Shown: positions 1-8,938 of the stretch, in pieces
How positions within the stretch are numbered: the stretch's first letter is position 1
Layout: every line of letters starts with the position of its first letter
Assembly (NCBI RefSeq): GCF_050320075.1
Contig: NZ_CP190018.1
Reading direction: 5' to 3' (one strand)
DNA length: 64,000 nt
Origin: Escherichia coli
GTDB lineage: Bacteria; Pseudomonadota; Gammaproteobacteria; Enterobacterales; Enterobacteriaceae
Made by a program: the position numbers and the translations under genes
The notes under the pieces: model-generated
Databases searched by the model: none
What the model was told of the DNA's origin: nothing
What the model saw: the letters and a program-made list of their open reading frames with translations, nothing else

Positions 1-575
1 GAATTGATTTTAGAACTCGCAGGATTCGCGCTATTACTGGCCTTGTGTGATGTTGTATTGTTCCCTTCGCCCGCTCCAGAATCTCCCCAGGTGGAGAAGA
101 CTAAAAAAGTCTTCTCTGTCAGCAACTTAAACAGTTACCTATTTAATTTGCTTAGGAGTTCTACCATTGTGATCCGCCCTTAGTAACTGTCACGTTAAGT
201 TACACGGTGAGATGACAGTATAACCTAACGTTGGCGGCAGTTGCACCTCTCACACCGCGATAGCACAACGTGAAGATAAAGCCCATCCTGGCATTGTAAT
301 GTCATCGACAGACTGAACACACGCATTTAAGCCCGATGTGCGGCCTTGTGGCTGCGTAAACAGGTTTATGGTGATATTGGTCCTTGCAAACCATATGCAA
401 GCTCTATCAGCGTTTCAGCCACGCTCCCAACGGGTACACGGTTATCCTGATAAGGTGTGATCTTTCTGACAATCTGATGAAGTCGCTACGCTCCCGCTTG
501 TTGCTGTATCACCAACGGGGCTTTATGGTTTCTATTGTCTATAATAATCTCACAATTCCCCTGCATGAGGTTGAT

Positions 576-782
576 ATGACTGTTAGCTACAAGATTACTT
601 ATGAGCATAGAGACGGTGATCAAATTAGAATGGAAGAGGTTTTATTCCATTCAGAGCATGAACCAACAAAAGATGAAATTCATGATGCAGTAAGAAAAGA
701 TACTGTGAGATTTAATTCTCCATCTAATGGAGTAACGGCTGTTTCAGGGTTTAAAGTGATTTCGGTTGTCCCTGTTCCATGA
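576..782 (+). CDS. hypothetical small protein (68 aa); short form of ORF 384..782
   Basis: GAGG Shine-Dalgarno 5 nt upstream of ATG at 576; the longer form starting at 384 has no ribosome-binding site. No recognisable family. Confidence 0.35.
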   Translation: MTVSYKITYEHRDGDQIRMEEVLFHSEHEPTKDEIHDAVRKDTVRFNSPSNGVTAVSGFKVISVVPVP

Positions 783-815
783 ATGGTTATAGAAGGGGCT
801 GGAAGCCCCTAATTA

Positions 816-1136
816 TTACTTCTTAATATCGCCAGTGCATTGATATTCGATAGTCACAAGTGTTTGCATACAACCAGATGAAGAAGGTTGTGAACATTGA
901 GAAGTGAATCCACCAAAAGGCTCGGCTCCTGAATATCCCCAAGCGGCACAACGCGCTTTGGCTGCATTCATGCCTTGTTGTGGATCTACAACAGGGCTTT
1001 CAAACATACCGTAAGAATAACTCATCCTAACTGTGCCGTCTGATTTGCTTCCACCAGTTGGAACGAGTTGTTTTTTTGTTGCACATCCAGAAATAATCAA
1101 TGTTGAAGCAAGTAACAGCATTAAACTTTTGCGCAT
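816..1136 (-). CDS. putative lipoprotein (106 aa)
   Basis: N-terminal signal peptide with lipobox-like LIISGC in MRKSLMLLLASTLIISGCATKK; convergent with 576..782. Confidence 0.6.
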   Translation of the reverse strand: MRKSLMLLLASTLIISGCATKKQLVPTGGSKSDGTVRMSYSYGMFESPVVDPQQGMNAAKARCAAWGYSGAEPFGGFTSQCSQPSSSGCMQTLVTIEYQCTGDIKK

Positions 1137-1788
1137 GTAAATAATCCCAAGAGATAATGGTTATGTATTGATTTAAAGCGTTTTTAGATTAATGCATTAA
1201 CTTAGCAAAATTAAGTCTTTTCTGATTGTTTGCAGAGTAAAAATGAGTTGCTTTCGAAATTATTTCGGATGTTTATTGTATTACGGTTTTTCAAACCGTC
1301 TAACTATTGTCGCTATTGAATGGGCAATAATAGCAAGAGGATTCATTTCGTCATTGGAGGCAACAAAAAGTCGGTAACTAATAGCCACAACGAATGCAGC
1401 AATAACGAGAAAGCGGATAGTGCTAAGATGTTTTGAAGATAAATGCATAACGCCCCCTAAATGAATGTGAGGGGGATTAAATCATGCAAATTTGTTATGT
1501 GCAATACTGGTAATTTATCCTAATAGTCTACTATTCACCTCAATCTACGTCAACCAATATTTGATGTAGATTTAATTTTCTTTTAAAAACAATATGTTGC
1601 AATTTGTTGGATTTTTGGGTTAGGTTGTTTTTTGAACGTTTCCATCAAGTGTAAAGATACGTTTAGCCTTCATAGTGAGTTCAGTTACTGTCTTTTTATC
1701 TGAAATCGGCGCAAACGTGATCATCGCTTAACGAGAAGATCAGCGCCGTCAGGTCCACGCGGCGACAACTCTGAAATATCAGGAGGCA

Positions 1789-2346
1789 TTACGCTTCCTG
1801 CTCTTTCTTGATACGTTGCACCGTCTGTGTGCTGACACTGAAATCTTTTGCTACGCTCCGAATTGATCCACCATTCGCGAGAGCGGCAGCAATTCCTGCT
1901 CGATCAATTGCTTTTCCATTACCACGTTTTGCTATACGTCCAGCGGCCTTAGCTGCGGCGATCCCTTCACGTTGACGCTCAAGCATCATTTCACGTTCCA
2001 TTTGTGCCACTGCTGCAAGCACTGTGAGCATCATATTCCCTGCGGGAGAGTTCTTCCCTGTCTTAAAGTCTTCTTTATGGAAATGCACAGACACGCCGCG
2101 CTCTGTTAATTGCTCAACCGTTGCCAGTAGGTCGGCTGTATTACGGCAAAGTCGATCAATGCTGTGAACATGCAAAACATCACCTTCCCGCACATAGTTC
2201 ATCATTGCCTCAAACTGTGGGCGCTGGGTATTTTTGCCTGACGCTTTATCTTCAAAGACTTTATCAAGAGTTACTCCAGCTAATTGACGGTCTGTGTTTT
2301 GTTGGACAGTCGATACCCTAATGTATCCAATATTAGCCATTTTCAT
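1789..2346 (-). CDS. serine recombinase (resolvase / DNA invertase family)
   Basis: N-terminal IGYIRVSTVQQ catalytic-serine motif, 185 aa, C-terminal helix-turn-helix-like tail; typical small serine recombinase architecture. Confidence 0.85.
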   Translation of the reverse strand: MKMANIGYIRVSTVQQNTDRQLAGVTLDKVFEDKASGKNTQRPQFEAMMNYVREGDVLHVHSIDRLCRNTADLLATVEQLTERGVSVHFHKEDFKTGKNSPAGNMMLTVLAAVAQMEREMMLERQREGIAAAKAAGRIAKRGNGKAIDRAGIAAALANGGSIRSVAKDFSVSTQTVQRIKKEQEA

Positions 2347-3265
2347 TTTCCTTCTGTGTTGATTTGTGTGTAGTGATTATTGATCGTGTTGATTAGGTGT
2401 GTAAAGGACTTTTTTCACTACGAAATTCGAAGGTTTTTAGTGTGGTGATTTAGCCTGCTTTATCACTACACGTCTTGCATGAGAATCATGTAGTTACATT
2501 TTGGTAAAATTAGCAAGCTATTAAATAGTGTGTTTATTTTGAAAAAATAATTTTTTGTTGCATTAAAGGAAACTTGTTCAATAAATGATAGAACGTTTAT
2601 TGAGCAACAATTTTGCAGTGATGCGCTATATGCCGCATTACATAAGGCTTTGCTGATGATAATGTAAAAGTGAAGAAAGCTAACATTGCTCTTTTAAGCT
2701 ACTTTTCATTGAATTTTTAGTATGGAATTACATAGGGATAAACTATGAATATTCTATGATTTACACGAGATATTCTTGCTGTTTAATTCCGGCTTTGGAG
2801 ATCAGGCATTCGCAAGAATACGCTAACGCGTTGCCTGAAAAGCCATTGCACATAATAGAGGTGAGCGTATAGCGAACTATCAATGTGATCATTGCACGAA
2901 TGATAATGAGTGGATATAGATTCTATATATCGTTAGATTGTAGTTTGATAGTTAATGTGTAATGTAGATTGTATGAGCGTATAGCGAATGTTAGTTAGAT
3001 CAACAACAAACTAACCTTTAAATCTCTTTTATCTTCTCATAGATATGGCTATGCGTAGCAACCGAAGGTTAGCCAATCATCTCTATGCAGCCGTAAGGCT
3101 GTTTTGCATGTAATAGTTGTTTGTTGTTGTTAGACAGTTACCAATTTATAGATCAGAGATAGATGTGAGCGTTGAGCGATACACTAATCATAACAACATC
3201 TTCTTACTTTTTAGTTAGTTGTTAGTAGGTTATTGTTATGCGCGCTATTAGCGCATGTATAAAGG

Positions 3266-3371
3266 TATCATTTTTATCTAAAGGGCTTTAGACATTTTTG
3301 ATACCTTTTTCATCTCTAAAAAAGTGTAATTTTTATCTAAAGGGGCTTTAGACATTTTTTACACCTTTTTC
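3266..3371. repeat. two direct copies of a ~45 bp repeat, each with palindromic core TCTAAAGG(G)CTTTAGA
   Basis: Copy 1 ~3266..3311 and copy 2 ~3327..3371 are near-identical; cores at 3277..3292 and 3337..3353; extra TCTAAAG half-sites near 3412 and 3487. Operator- or iteron-like. Confidence 0.6.
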
Positions 3372-3515
3372 TGTGCAAGACACTTACCAGTGTGCACAAT
3401 ACTTATGCTTTTCTAAAGCCGGGAATTTTTAAGTTTGATTGATCAATTGTTAACTTTAAAAGTTACTTTTAACAATCACTTAGACGATCTAAAGCCGCAA
3501 TTAACATAATATAAG

Positions 3516-3545
3516 TTGACATGCAAGCACTTTTTACCGTATAGT
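3516..3545 (+). promoter_or_regulatory. sigma70-like promoter candidate (TTGACA, 18 nt spacer, TATAGT)
   Basis: Perfect -35 hexamer at 3516..3521, -10 TATAGT at 3540..3545; transcription would start at the 23 bp tandem repeat. Confidence 0.4.
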
Positions 3546-3553
3546 GCGGGTTT

Positions 3554-3604
3554 CCTACCTACCCAGGAAATGAGTTCCTACCTACCCAGGAAATGAGTTC
3601 CTAC
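3554..3604. repeat. 23 bp tandem repeat CCTACCTACCCAGGAAATGAGTT, about 2.2 copies
   Basis: Exact copies at 3554..3576 and 3577..3599, partial third copy (CCTAC) following. Confidence 0.75.
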
Positions 3605-4556
3605 AATACTATAATTAAACTACAATTAAACTATCTTTTATAAATTCTTTTATCTTTTAAAGAATAATTATAGGGATACCCGTTAGGGAGTCTTCGACTA
3701 TCCCTTAATCTATTGGCATTCGCCAGAACCTTGCACAAGTTAGACTGATGCTTGTCATAACAGATAGTTTTTGTTTTTTGTTAGTAGTTAGCTGATCTAT
3801 GTTCGCTTTCCGCTCACAACGAATATGTAATCTACTATGTGCAAATAGCCTACGGCTTGCGTATGGCTAATAGTCTTGCGCTGTGCGCAGAACGATAATT
3901 AACTAACTACCATCTAACGATTGAAATTTACTTGTGCAATAACCTGAGCATAAGCGAATGGTTGTTAGTGTCTATGCGCTGTGCGCTTCAATAGTTCCAT
4001 TGATGAGGCTTACGCCAATCTAACGATCATCAATCTATTTAAGAGAAAATCTATTGTGCAATACTCTGACGAGTGCAATAACCTTGTGTGCTACGCGTTA
4101 GCGATGTTAGCACATAGACACAGACAACAACCAACAACAAACAAAAAAGAAAGAATGGTTTTAGTAGTTGAAGGTTAAATAAGTTTCTACCGCTTAAATC
4201 AAGCCGTAGGCGAGCTAAACGTATATAAGGTAGGGAAACACTTAGCGGTAATAGATTAGCTCGTTATAGAGCTTCTGAGGAGCTTTACAGGTATTTTATA
4301 AGATGTCTGAAATCAGAGTTTATCTATCCACCATCTTTCCATCATCTGATAAATCAAAAATAAGCCCCTTAAATAAGCCTCTGACGAGATAAACAACCTC
4401 TACATAAGGGAATGTATTGTTTTTATCAAAACCCCCGTCAGAGTGCGATTGAGAGCGTTTTAGACAACAGGGAAGAATTGTACCAGAGTAGGCAGCACAA
4501 AAAGCTAAGAAAAATTATAAGAAATTGAAAATGATCAAGTTTTTTATAAAAGAGGG

Positions 4557-4585
4557 TTGACAAAGCCGCCGTTATGTAGTATTGT
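4557..4585 (+). promoter_or_regulatory. sigma70-like promoter candidate (TTGACA, 17 nt spacer, TATTGT) for the plus-strand operon
   Basis: -35 at 4557..4562, -10 at 4580..4585; first ORF of a co-directional gene string starts ~115 nt downstream. Confidence 0.5.
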
Positions 4586-4701
4586 AAGTAGGGAGGGGAG
4601 AAACATCTCTCTCCATCTAAATAATCAAATCACAGAACACTGCACTTTGAGCCGTCAGGCTGCAAGGTGTGTTTTTCTTTTATCTAAATAAGGAGTTTTT
4701 T

Positions 4702-4884
4702 ATGAAATGGTATACACCGGAACACGTCGTAGAGGCATTTAAAAAAGGTGAGCTAACACGACATCAAGTAAGGATGAACAGGAACACAGCGCGGCGCTGT
4801 GGTTATCCAGAGCGTGAAAAATGCTTTGACGATGCACTAAAAATTATTGATGAACTGCGTAAGGCAGAAGCAGAGAAAGAATAA
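4702..4884 (+). CDS. hypothetical small protein (60 aa)
   Basis: AGGAG 6 nt upstream of ATG 4702 (MKWYTPEHV...); first gene after promoter 4557. Confidence 0.5.
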   Translation: MKWYTPEHVVEAFKKGELTRHQVRMNRNTARRCGYPEREKCFDDALKIIDELRKAEAEKE

Positions 4885-4907
4885 TAACAGGAGAAGGAGA
4901 AAACCAA

Positions 4908-5084
4908 ATGAATATTAATTTTGATTCTGCAACTTATAACGCGTTGTTAAATCGTGCAAAGGCAGAAGGGAAATCAATTCCAAAACTTGTTAATGAATTA
5001 CTAATTACAGTCCTTACAAAGGAGGAACTAAATGAACCAAAACACCAAAACAATTGCCGAAGCAAAAGCGCAATGCCTCAATAA
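4908..5084 (+). CDS. ribbon-helix-helix-like small DNA-binding protein (58 aa), not in ORF track
   Basis: GGAGAAGGAGA before ATG 4908; MNINFDSATYNALLNRAKAEGKSIPKLVNELL resembles CopG/Arc-type RHH N-terminus; 3-prime end overlaps the next gene by 53 nt in another frame. Confidence 0.45.
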   Translation: MNINFDSATYNALLNRAKAEGKSIPKLVNELLITVLTKEELNEPKHQNNCRSKSAMPQ

Positions 5085-5697
5085 GAAAGATAGTAAACAA
5101 ACATATGTAGTAGTTGAACAATGGCTGAAGATGTTTAAAAAGTGGTTCTCACCGTCAGGTAAGGAATACACCGCGACACTTCCAGCCGTTGAAATCTACA
5201 GTTACGTAGCTGGGTTCAATGAACAAGGGCAAGAATGTTACGCCAATCAAAAAACATTAGCTAATATTGGAATGGTTAGTGATCGTCAGGTGCGTAATAT
5301 TATAAATATGTTTATTGATATGGGTGTTCTTTCTGTAGAGGCACGGGACGGGCAAACATCACTCTATAAAGCATTACCCTTTACAGATGCACACATCACA
5401 CCACCGGAAGACGTAAAAACCTCTGTAAACGTAGAACAGCCTGCACCTGAAACACAGGAACCGTTAGAAGCGACACACTCTATTGAGCAGGAAACACAGG
5501 CAGAAATCACGGAACAATCTGATCTTTTTACATGGCTTATTTCCATAGACAGCCAAAAGCCTATGCAAGAAGAAACAGAAAATTTTATAAAACGTGCACT
5601 GACCTCGAAGAGGATAATTCTTGAAGATGATGCTTTTAATGCACTGATGATAGCCCTGAGAAAAGAAAGTGAAATCTATGACTCAATACCATTTTAA
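5032..5697 (+). CDS. hypothetical protein with winged-helix-like N-terminus and acidic C-terminus; possible replication initiator or organiser
   Basis: Strong AAGGAGGA before ATG 5032; segment ANQKTLANIGMVSDRQVRNIINMFIDMGVLS resembles winged-helix DNA-binding domains of phage/plasmid Rep-type proteins. Assignment is by resemblance only. Confidence 0.45.
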   Translation: MNQNTKTIAEAKAQCLNKKDSKQTYVVVEQWLKMFKKWFSPSGKEYTATLPAVEIYSYVAGFNEQGQECYANQKTLANIGMVSDRQVRNIINMFIDMGVLSVEARDGQTSLYKALPFTDAHITPPEDVKTSVNVEQPAPETQEPLEATHSIEQETQAEITEQSDLFTWLISIDSQKPMQEETENFIKRALTSKRIILEDDAFNALMIALRKESEIYDSIPF

Positions 5698-5709
5698 GGA
5701 GAATAAAAA

Positions 5710-5967
5710 ATGAAATACAACCTGACATTAAACAAACGAACATTCGAAATTACAGAAAGCGGCTACACACTGGCAAAACAGCTTGCTGATAGCAATTATG
5801 AGCTACCCGCGATTATCAGCTTTCAGGAGTTACCTCATAGTAAAGAACACACACAGCACTGGTTAAATCACCTGAGCCATTTTGGGGTAATTAAGTATGA
5901 GGCTGTGAATAGTCAGACGTTCCGTTTGCTTGAGATAAGCCCTTTCGAATTGTGGGTGGCGCTGTGA
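5710..5967 (+). CDS. hypothetical protein (85 aa)
   Basis: ORF track; GGAG upstream; co-directional operon member. Confidence 0.5.
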   Translation: MKYNLTLNKRTFEITESGYTLAKQLADSNYELPAIISFQELPHSKEHTQHWLNHLSHFGVIKYEAVNSQTFRLLEISPFELWVAL

Positions 5968-6170
5968 CCATATTCGATAGCGAATTTTCACAAGAAACCT
6001 TTCTGCAATATTTACGGGAAAGAACGGGAATGATTCTGTTTGATTCTGAGTTTTCCGGTGTGGTAGGTGAGCAATTTTTATATGCTCTTCTCGATAGCCT
6101 AAGTAAACAAGGATTATTGCAGTATACCAAAACTCATATGAAAGCATTCAGAATCGACTCTGTAGCTTAA
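5952..6170 (+). CDS. hypothetical protein (72 aa, GTG start) with internal FDSEFS...FL.Y.L duplication
   Basis: ORF track; start codon is GTG overlapping the upstream stop; internal ~45 nt direct repeat at DNA level. Confidence 0.3.
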   Translation: MGGAVTIFDSEFSQETFLQYLRERTGMILFDSEFSGVVGEQFLYALLDSLSKQGLLQYTKTHMKAFRIDSVA

Positions 6171-6206
6171 AACAAACAACTATCAAACATCTTGAAGGGT
6201 GAAACA

Positions 6207-6347
6207 ATGGAAAGCTTAATATTTTTCTTAGTATTTATGATCGCTTCCTTTTTTAACACTGCAACAAGAAAAACAAAACGAAGGGGAAGCAATGAGCAAG
6301 AAAAAAGGCAAGAAAAACGTAATAACAACTATTGGCGAAGCATGTGA
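6207..6347 (+). CDS. candidate small single-pass membrane peptide (46 aa), not in ORF track
   Basis: ATG 6207 after AAGGG; MESLIFFLVFMIASFF hydrophobic helix then a basic tail (RKTKRRGS...); overlaps the start of ORF 6292 in another frame, so only one of the two may be real. Confidence 0.25.
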   Translation: MESLIFFLVFMIASFFNTATRKTKRRGSNEQEKRQEKRNNNYWRSM

Positions 6348-6672
6348 TCAGTATGCGTTAAACAATCCTCGCAAATATAATTATGAGCATGATGCACAAC
6401 CAGGCGAGGAATTGATCTTTATACTTGAAGAACCAAGCCCAGAATTAACAGACGAAGAATTATCACTCATTCAAAGTATGGACGGTGTTTACTTTAATCC
6501 GCGCCCACGCAAAACAACGGTTATAGATTCCAGTCTTCTGAAAAGATGGCAGTGTTTGGGTTTTCAGGATATGCACCACTTTAGGGGGTATATGGCTCTT
6601 AACAGTCTGCAATATGCAGGGGTGAGAGAAACCGAATTACTTCTGCTTGATAAAATAAAAATCGACGATTAA
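6292..6672 (+). CDS. hypothetical protein (126 aa)
   Basis: ORF track; AAGGGGA 5 nt upstream of ATG. Confidence 0.5.
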   Translation: MSKKKGKKNVITTIGEACDQYALNNPRKYNYEHDAQPGEELIFILEEPSPELTDEELSLIQSMDGVYFNPRPRKTTVIDSSLLKRWQCLGFQDMHHFRGYMALNSLQYAGVRETELLLLDKIKIDD

Positions 6673-6713
6673 CAGCGTTTGCTGAATATAACCCTTAACA
6701 AAAGGAAAATAAA

Positions 6714-6935
6714 ATGATTAACAAAGCAATTTTAGAGACAACCACTTTTCACGATCTTAAACTTCTTTCTGAATGCTTCATAAGCCTGATTGAACGTGCA
6801 CAGGAAGAAAACGATCTCGGTTTACTCGATGATATTATAGACAACATTGCAACTTATAAAATCCCGCTCACTATTGCTATGAAGAAAGCTCGTGAAGCAC
6901 AACAACAATTAGAACAATCAGAGGAAGTGGCATAA
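6714..6935 (+). CDS. hypothetical protein (73 aa)
   Basis: ORF track; AAGGAAA before ATG; co-directional. Confidence 0.45.
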   Translation: MINKAILETTTFHDLKLLSECFISLIERAQEENDLGLLDDIIDNIATYKIPLTIAMKKAREAQQQLEQSEEVA

Positions 6936-7243
6936 TGAGCGAAGTACACAACGTAACTATTGAAATGATGGATCTGGTTATTGATTTACAGAAAGCAGTA
7001 AACGCGGCTCTGACTTTTCCAAGCGAGCTAACCATCACACAGGCGGTTATTAATCTGGAATCGACGCGGGAAGCACTGCAACTACTTATTGCAGCGTGCG
7101 AAGAGAGCGAAGGTGCACAGATTGAAGCTGATGACCTTTCTAATCTGATCATCGTCATTCATGACACCACTGAAATCATGAAAGAAGCGGTAGCAGATCT
7201 GCAACCCCTCATTAATGAATTAATCGATAAGGCTAACAACTAA
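6935..7243 (+). CDS. hypothetical acidic protein (102 aa)
   Basis: ORF track; start overlaps upstream stop (ATAATG), suggesting translational coupling. Confidence 0.5.
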   Translation: MSEVHNVTIEMMDLVIDLQKAVNAALTFPSELTITQAVINLESTREALQLLIAACEESEGAQIEADDLSNLIIVIHDTTEIMKEAVADLQPLINELIDKANN

Positions 7244-7452
7244 TGTCAAAAACTAAACGTGTGCGCCTTCTGGCGCTCACAGAAGAAGGGAAAGCGGGTA
7301 ATTGTTTCACAGTAGGTAAAGTGTATACCGGCTTACTCGACACTTACACCCGCCTGATGCACGTAACCGATGATAACGGTAACGATCAAACAATCGTTTT
7401 AGATGGTAATTGCGTATTTGGTGAGTGGGAACTGACAACCGAAAAAAGTTGA
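7243..7452 (+). CDS. hypothetical protein (69 aa)
   Basis: ORF track; start overlaps upstream stop (TAATG). Confidence 0.5.
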   Translation: MSKTKRVRLLALTEEGKAGNCFTVGKVYTGLLDTYTRLMHVTDDNGNDQTIVLDGNCVFGEWELTTEKS

Positions 7453-7471
7453 AAATAATTGCATTTACCTA

Positions 7472-7500
7472 TTGACTTTTACTAACAGAAATGTTAGAAT
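7472..7500 (+). promoter_or_regulatory. near-consensus sigma70 promoter (TTGACT, 17 nt spacer, TAGAAT)
   Basis: -35 at 7472..7477, -10 at 7495..7500; followed by ~820 nt without any ORF of 60 codons or more on the plus strand. Confidence 0.55.
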
Positions 7501-7506
7501 AATAAA

Positions 7507-8291
7507 TGTTGGGTTTGGAATCGAAAATAGGTGTTAGCTGGCGTTAATCCTTCTCCCGATTCTAATCCTACACGAAAGCGGGGTAGACCTCAAGGGGTCG
7601 CGCCCTATCTAACCTATCCCGCTTTCCCTTTACAGTGATTTTTTAGAAATTGTTTCCCTCGTTAATAGTTTCATTTTATTTTCCTTATTGCTTTATCAAA
7701 ATTGTGTCTTAAGAATGCAGGGGCTACGGATTTGGCCCCTCATCTTTTTAACCAACTGCGAAGCATGAAACACTTTCTAAAAACACTGTTTACAGTGTCT
7801 ATAAACCCCGTATAAACAAATAACGGTGTATATCTGTTTCTTGACAACAGTTTTCTACTAAGCTTAAAGCTGAATATGTTTTTGTTTGTTGGTGTTTATT
7901 AAGGTGCCAATCTTAGAACGCGAAAGCGTGGATGATCCCCGAAATCATCTCGGCACCGCCTCCTATTAAAATGAGAATCCAAAAGGTTTGAAAGTTAATA
8001 GGTGATTCCTGAAAGTCTGATCGATGCATCCACATTGTGAAAGACAGCGATTAGCCGTCGCACGAATAACAGGTTTATAGATTCCTCTCCAAAGGGGGCG
8101 ACCTCCTAAGCGCCTACTCCCTGTAAGCCTGTTATTCACCCCTCAAGGGTATATAACAATAAGCAATCTTATTCTTATATGTCCTCCTCTTTAAGTTCAT
8201 ATAAACTGCGATTTAGTAACACTCTATAACATCCTTCAAATGTTGTATTCATAAAGCCGGAAGCTTTCCCCTTCCGGTTTTATTTTTATCA
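7507..8291 (+). ncRNA. candidate structured leader or noncoding RNA region
   Basis: ORF-poor; stem-loops at 7575..7626 (GAAAGCGGG / CCCGCTTTC), 7719..7749 (AGGGGC, 10 nt loop, GCCCCT then T-run) and 8065..8136 (AATAACAGG / CCTGTTATT); ends at terminator 8257..8291. Boundaries and function are inferred. Confidence 0.3.
8257..8291 (+). terminator. rho-independent terminator-like hairpin (CCGGAAG, loop, CTTCCGG, then T-run)
   Basis: Inverted repeat with following TTTTATTTTTAT, just upstream of the 8331 ORF. Confidence 0.5.
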
Positions 8292-8330
8292 GCACTAAAC
8301 AAGACTGTTAGGAATAAAGGTAAAGCAATA

Positions 8331-8546
8331 ATGCAAAATCTCATTCTAAAGAATGGTAACGAAGAATTGGTTATCACTGATGAAACATTCAATGCTACGG
8401 CTTATATGCTGGGGATCACTCCCACAGAATTGAAAAAACATTGTGATAAGCTTTTTAAGTCTGCTGATGAACAGAAACCTACTATGCAGGATCTGATTAA
8501 AGCAAAAGCAGAACAAATCAAACAATCCAAAAAAGGAAACTATTAA
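8331..8546 (+). CDS. hypothetical protein (71 aa)
   Basis: ORF track; immediately precedes the capsid-like gene pair. Confidence 0.5.
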   Translation: MQNLILKNGNEELVITDETFNATAYMLGITPTELKKHCDKLFKSADEQKPTMQDLIKAKAEQIKQSKKGNY

Positions 8547-8548
8547 TT

Positions 8549-8920
8549 ATGGCTATTATTAATATGAGCGATCTGTTTCCAGTTCGCAAATCATTTACCG
8601 ATATCGTTTCATATGCAACTGATGAGTTCGGTTGTGTGCAATCTTTTACCGTTGATCTGGCGGTTGATGTTGAATGCGGCGATCTGATTACCAGTGACGG
8701 CGCTGAATATGTAAGCGGCGGCGATGTTCTTGTAGTTGTGTCTGATGCGGTATCCGCTGGCGACGCTAAAACCGTTAACGTGCTGCGTAGCAATGCCGGA
8801 CTGGTTTGCATCAAGTCCGATGCTCTGAATGTTGAAGGCGCTGTGAAAGAAGCTGCTATTGCTGCCCTGGCTGCAAAAGGTTTCCAGATGGCTGGTTTTA
8901 ACACTGTATTCACATCTTAA
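8549..8920 (+). CDS. putative virion structural protein (123 aa), possibly head-decoration-like
   Basis: Small Gly/Ala/Val-rich protein directly upstream of and coupled to the 342 aa gene; codon usage is strongly biased toward highly-expressed E. coli codons. Resemblance to a lambda D-type decoration protein is by size and arrangement only. Confidence 0.4.
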   Translation: MAIINMSDLFPVRKSFTDIVSYATDEFGCVQSFTVDLAVDVECGDLITSDGAEYVSGGDVLVVVSDAVSAGDAKTVNVLRSNAGLVCIKSDALNVEGAVKEAAIAALAAKGFQMAGFNTVFTS

Positions 8921-8938
8921 TATAAAGGAATAAAAATA

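Noticed and set aside
1-183. Open reading frame running off the left edge (60 codons in frame 1, stop at 181..183), possibly the 3-prime end of an upstream gene
   Set aside because: No start codon in the window, AT-rich context where 60 open codons occur by chance at a few percent, and no recognisable motifs. Not called.
384-575. Long 132 aa form of the first ORF
   Set aside because: No ribosome-binding site at the 384 start, whereas the internal ATG at 576 has one. Short form preferred.
1283-1299. Palindrome ACGGTTTTTCAAACCGT as a hix/gix-type invertase crossover site
   Set aside because: Half-site order (GGTTT...AAACC) is reversed relative to the remembered hix consensus and no second copy was found. 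Kept only as a speculative note in a finding.
3981-4178. 65 aa ORF inside the AT-rich repeat region
   Set aside because: No ribosome-binding site, low-complexity product, and it sits among degenerate repeats. Likely a chance ORF.
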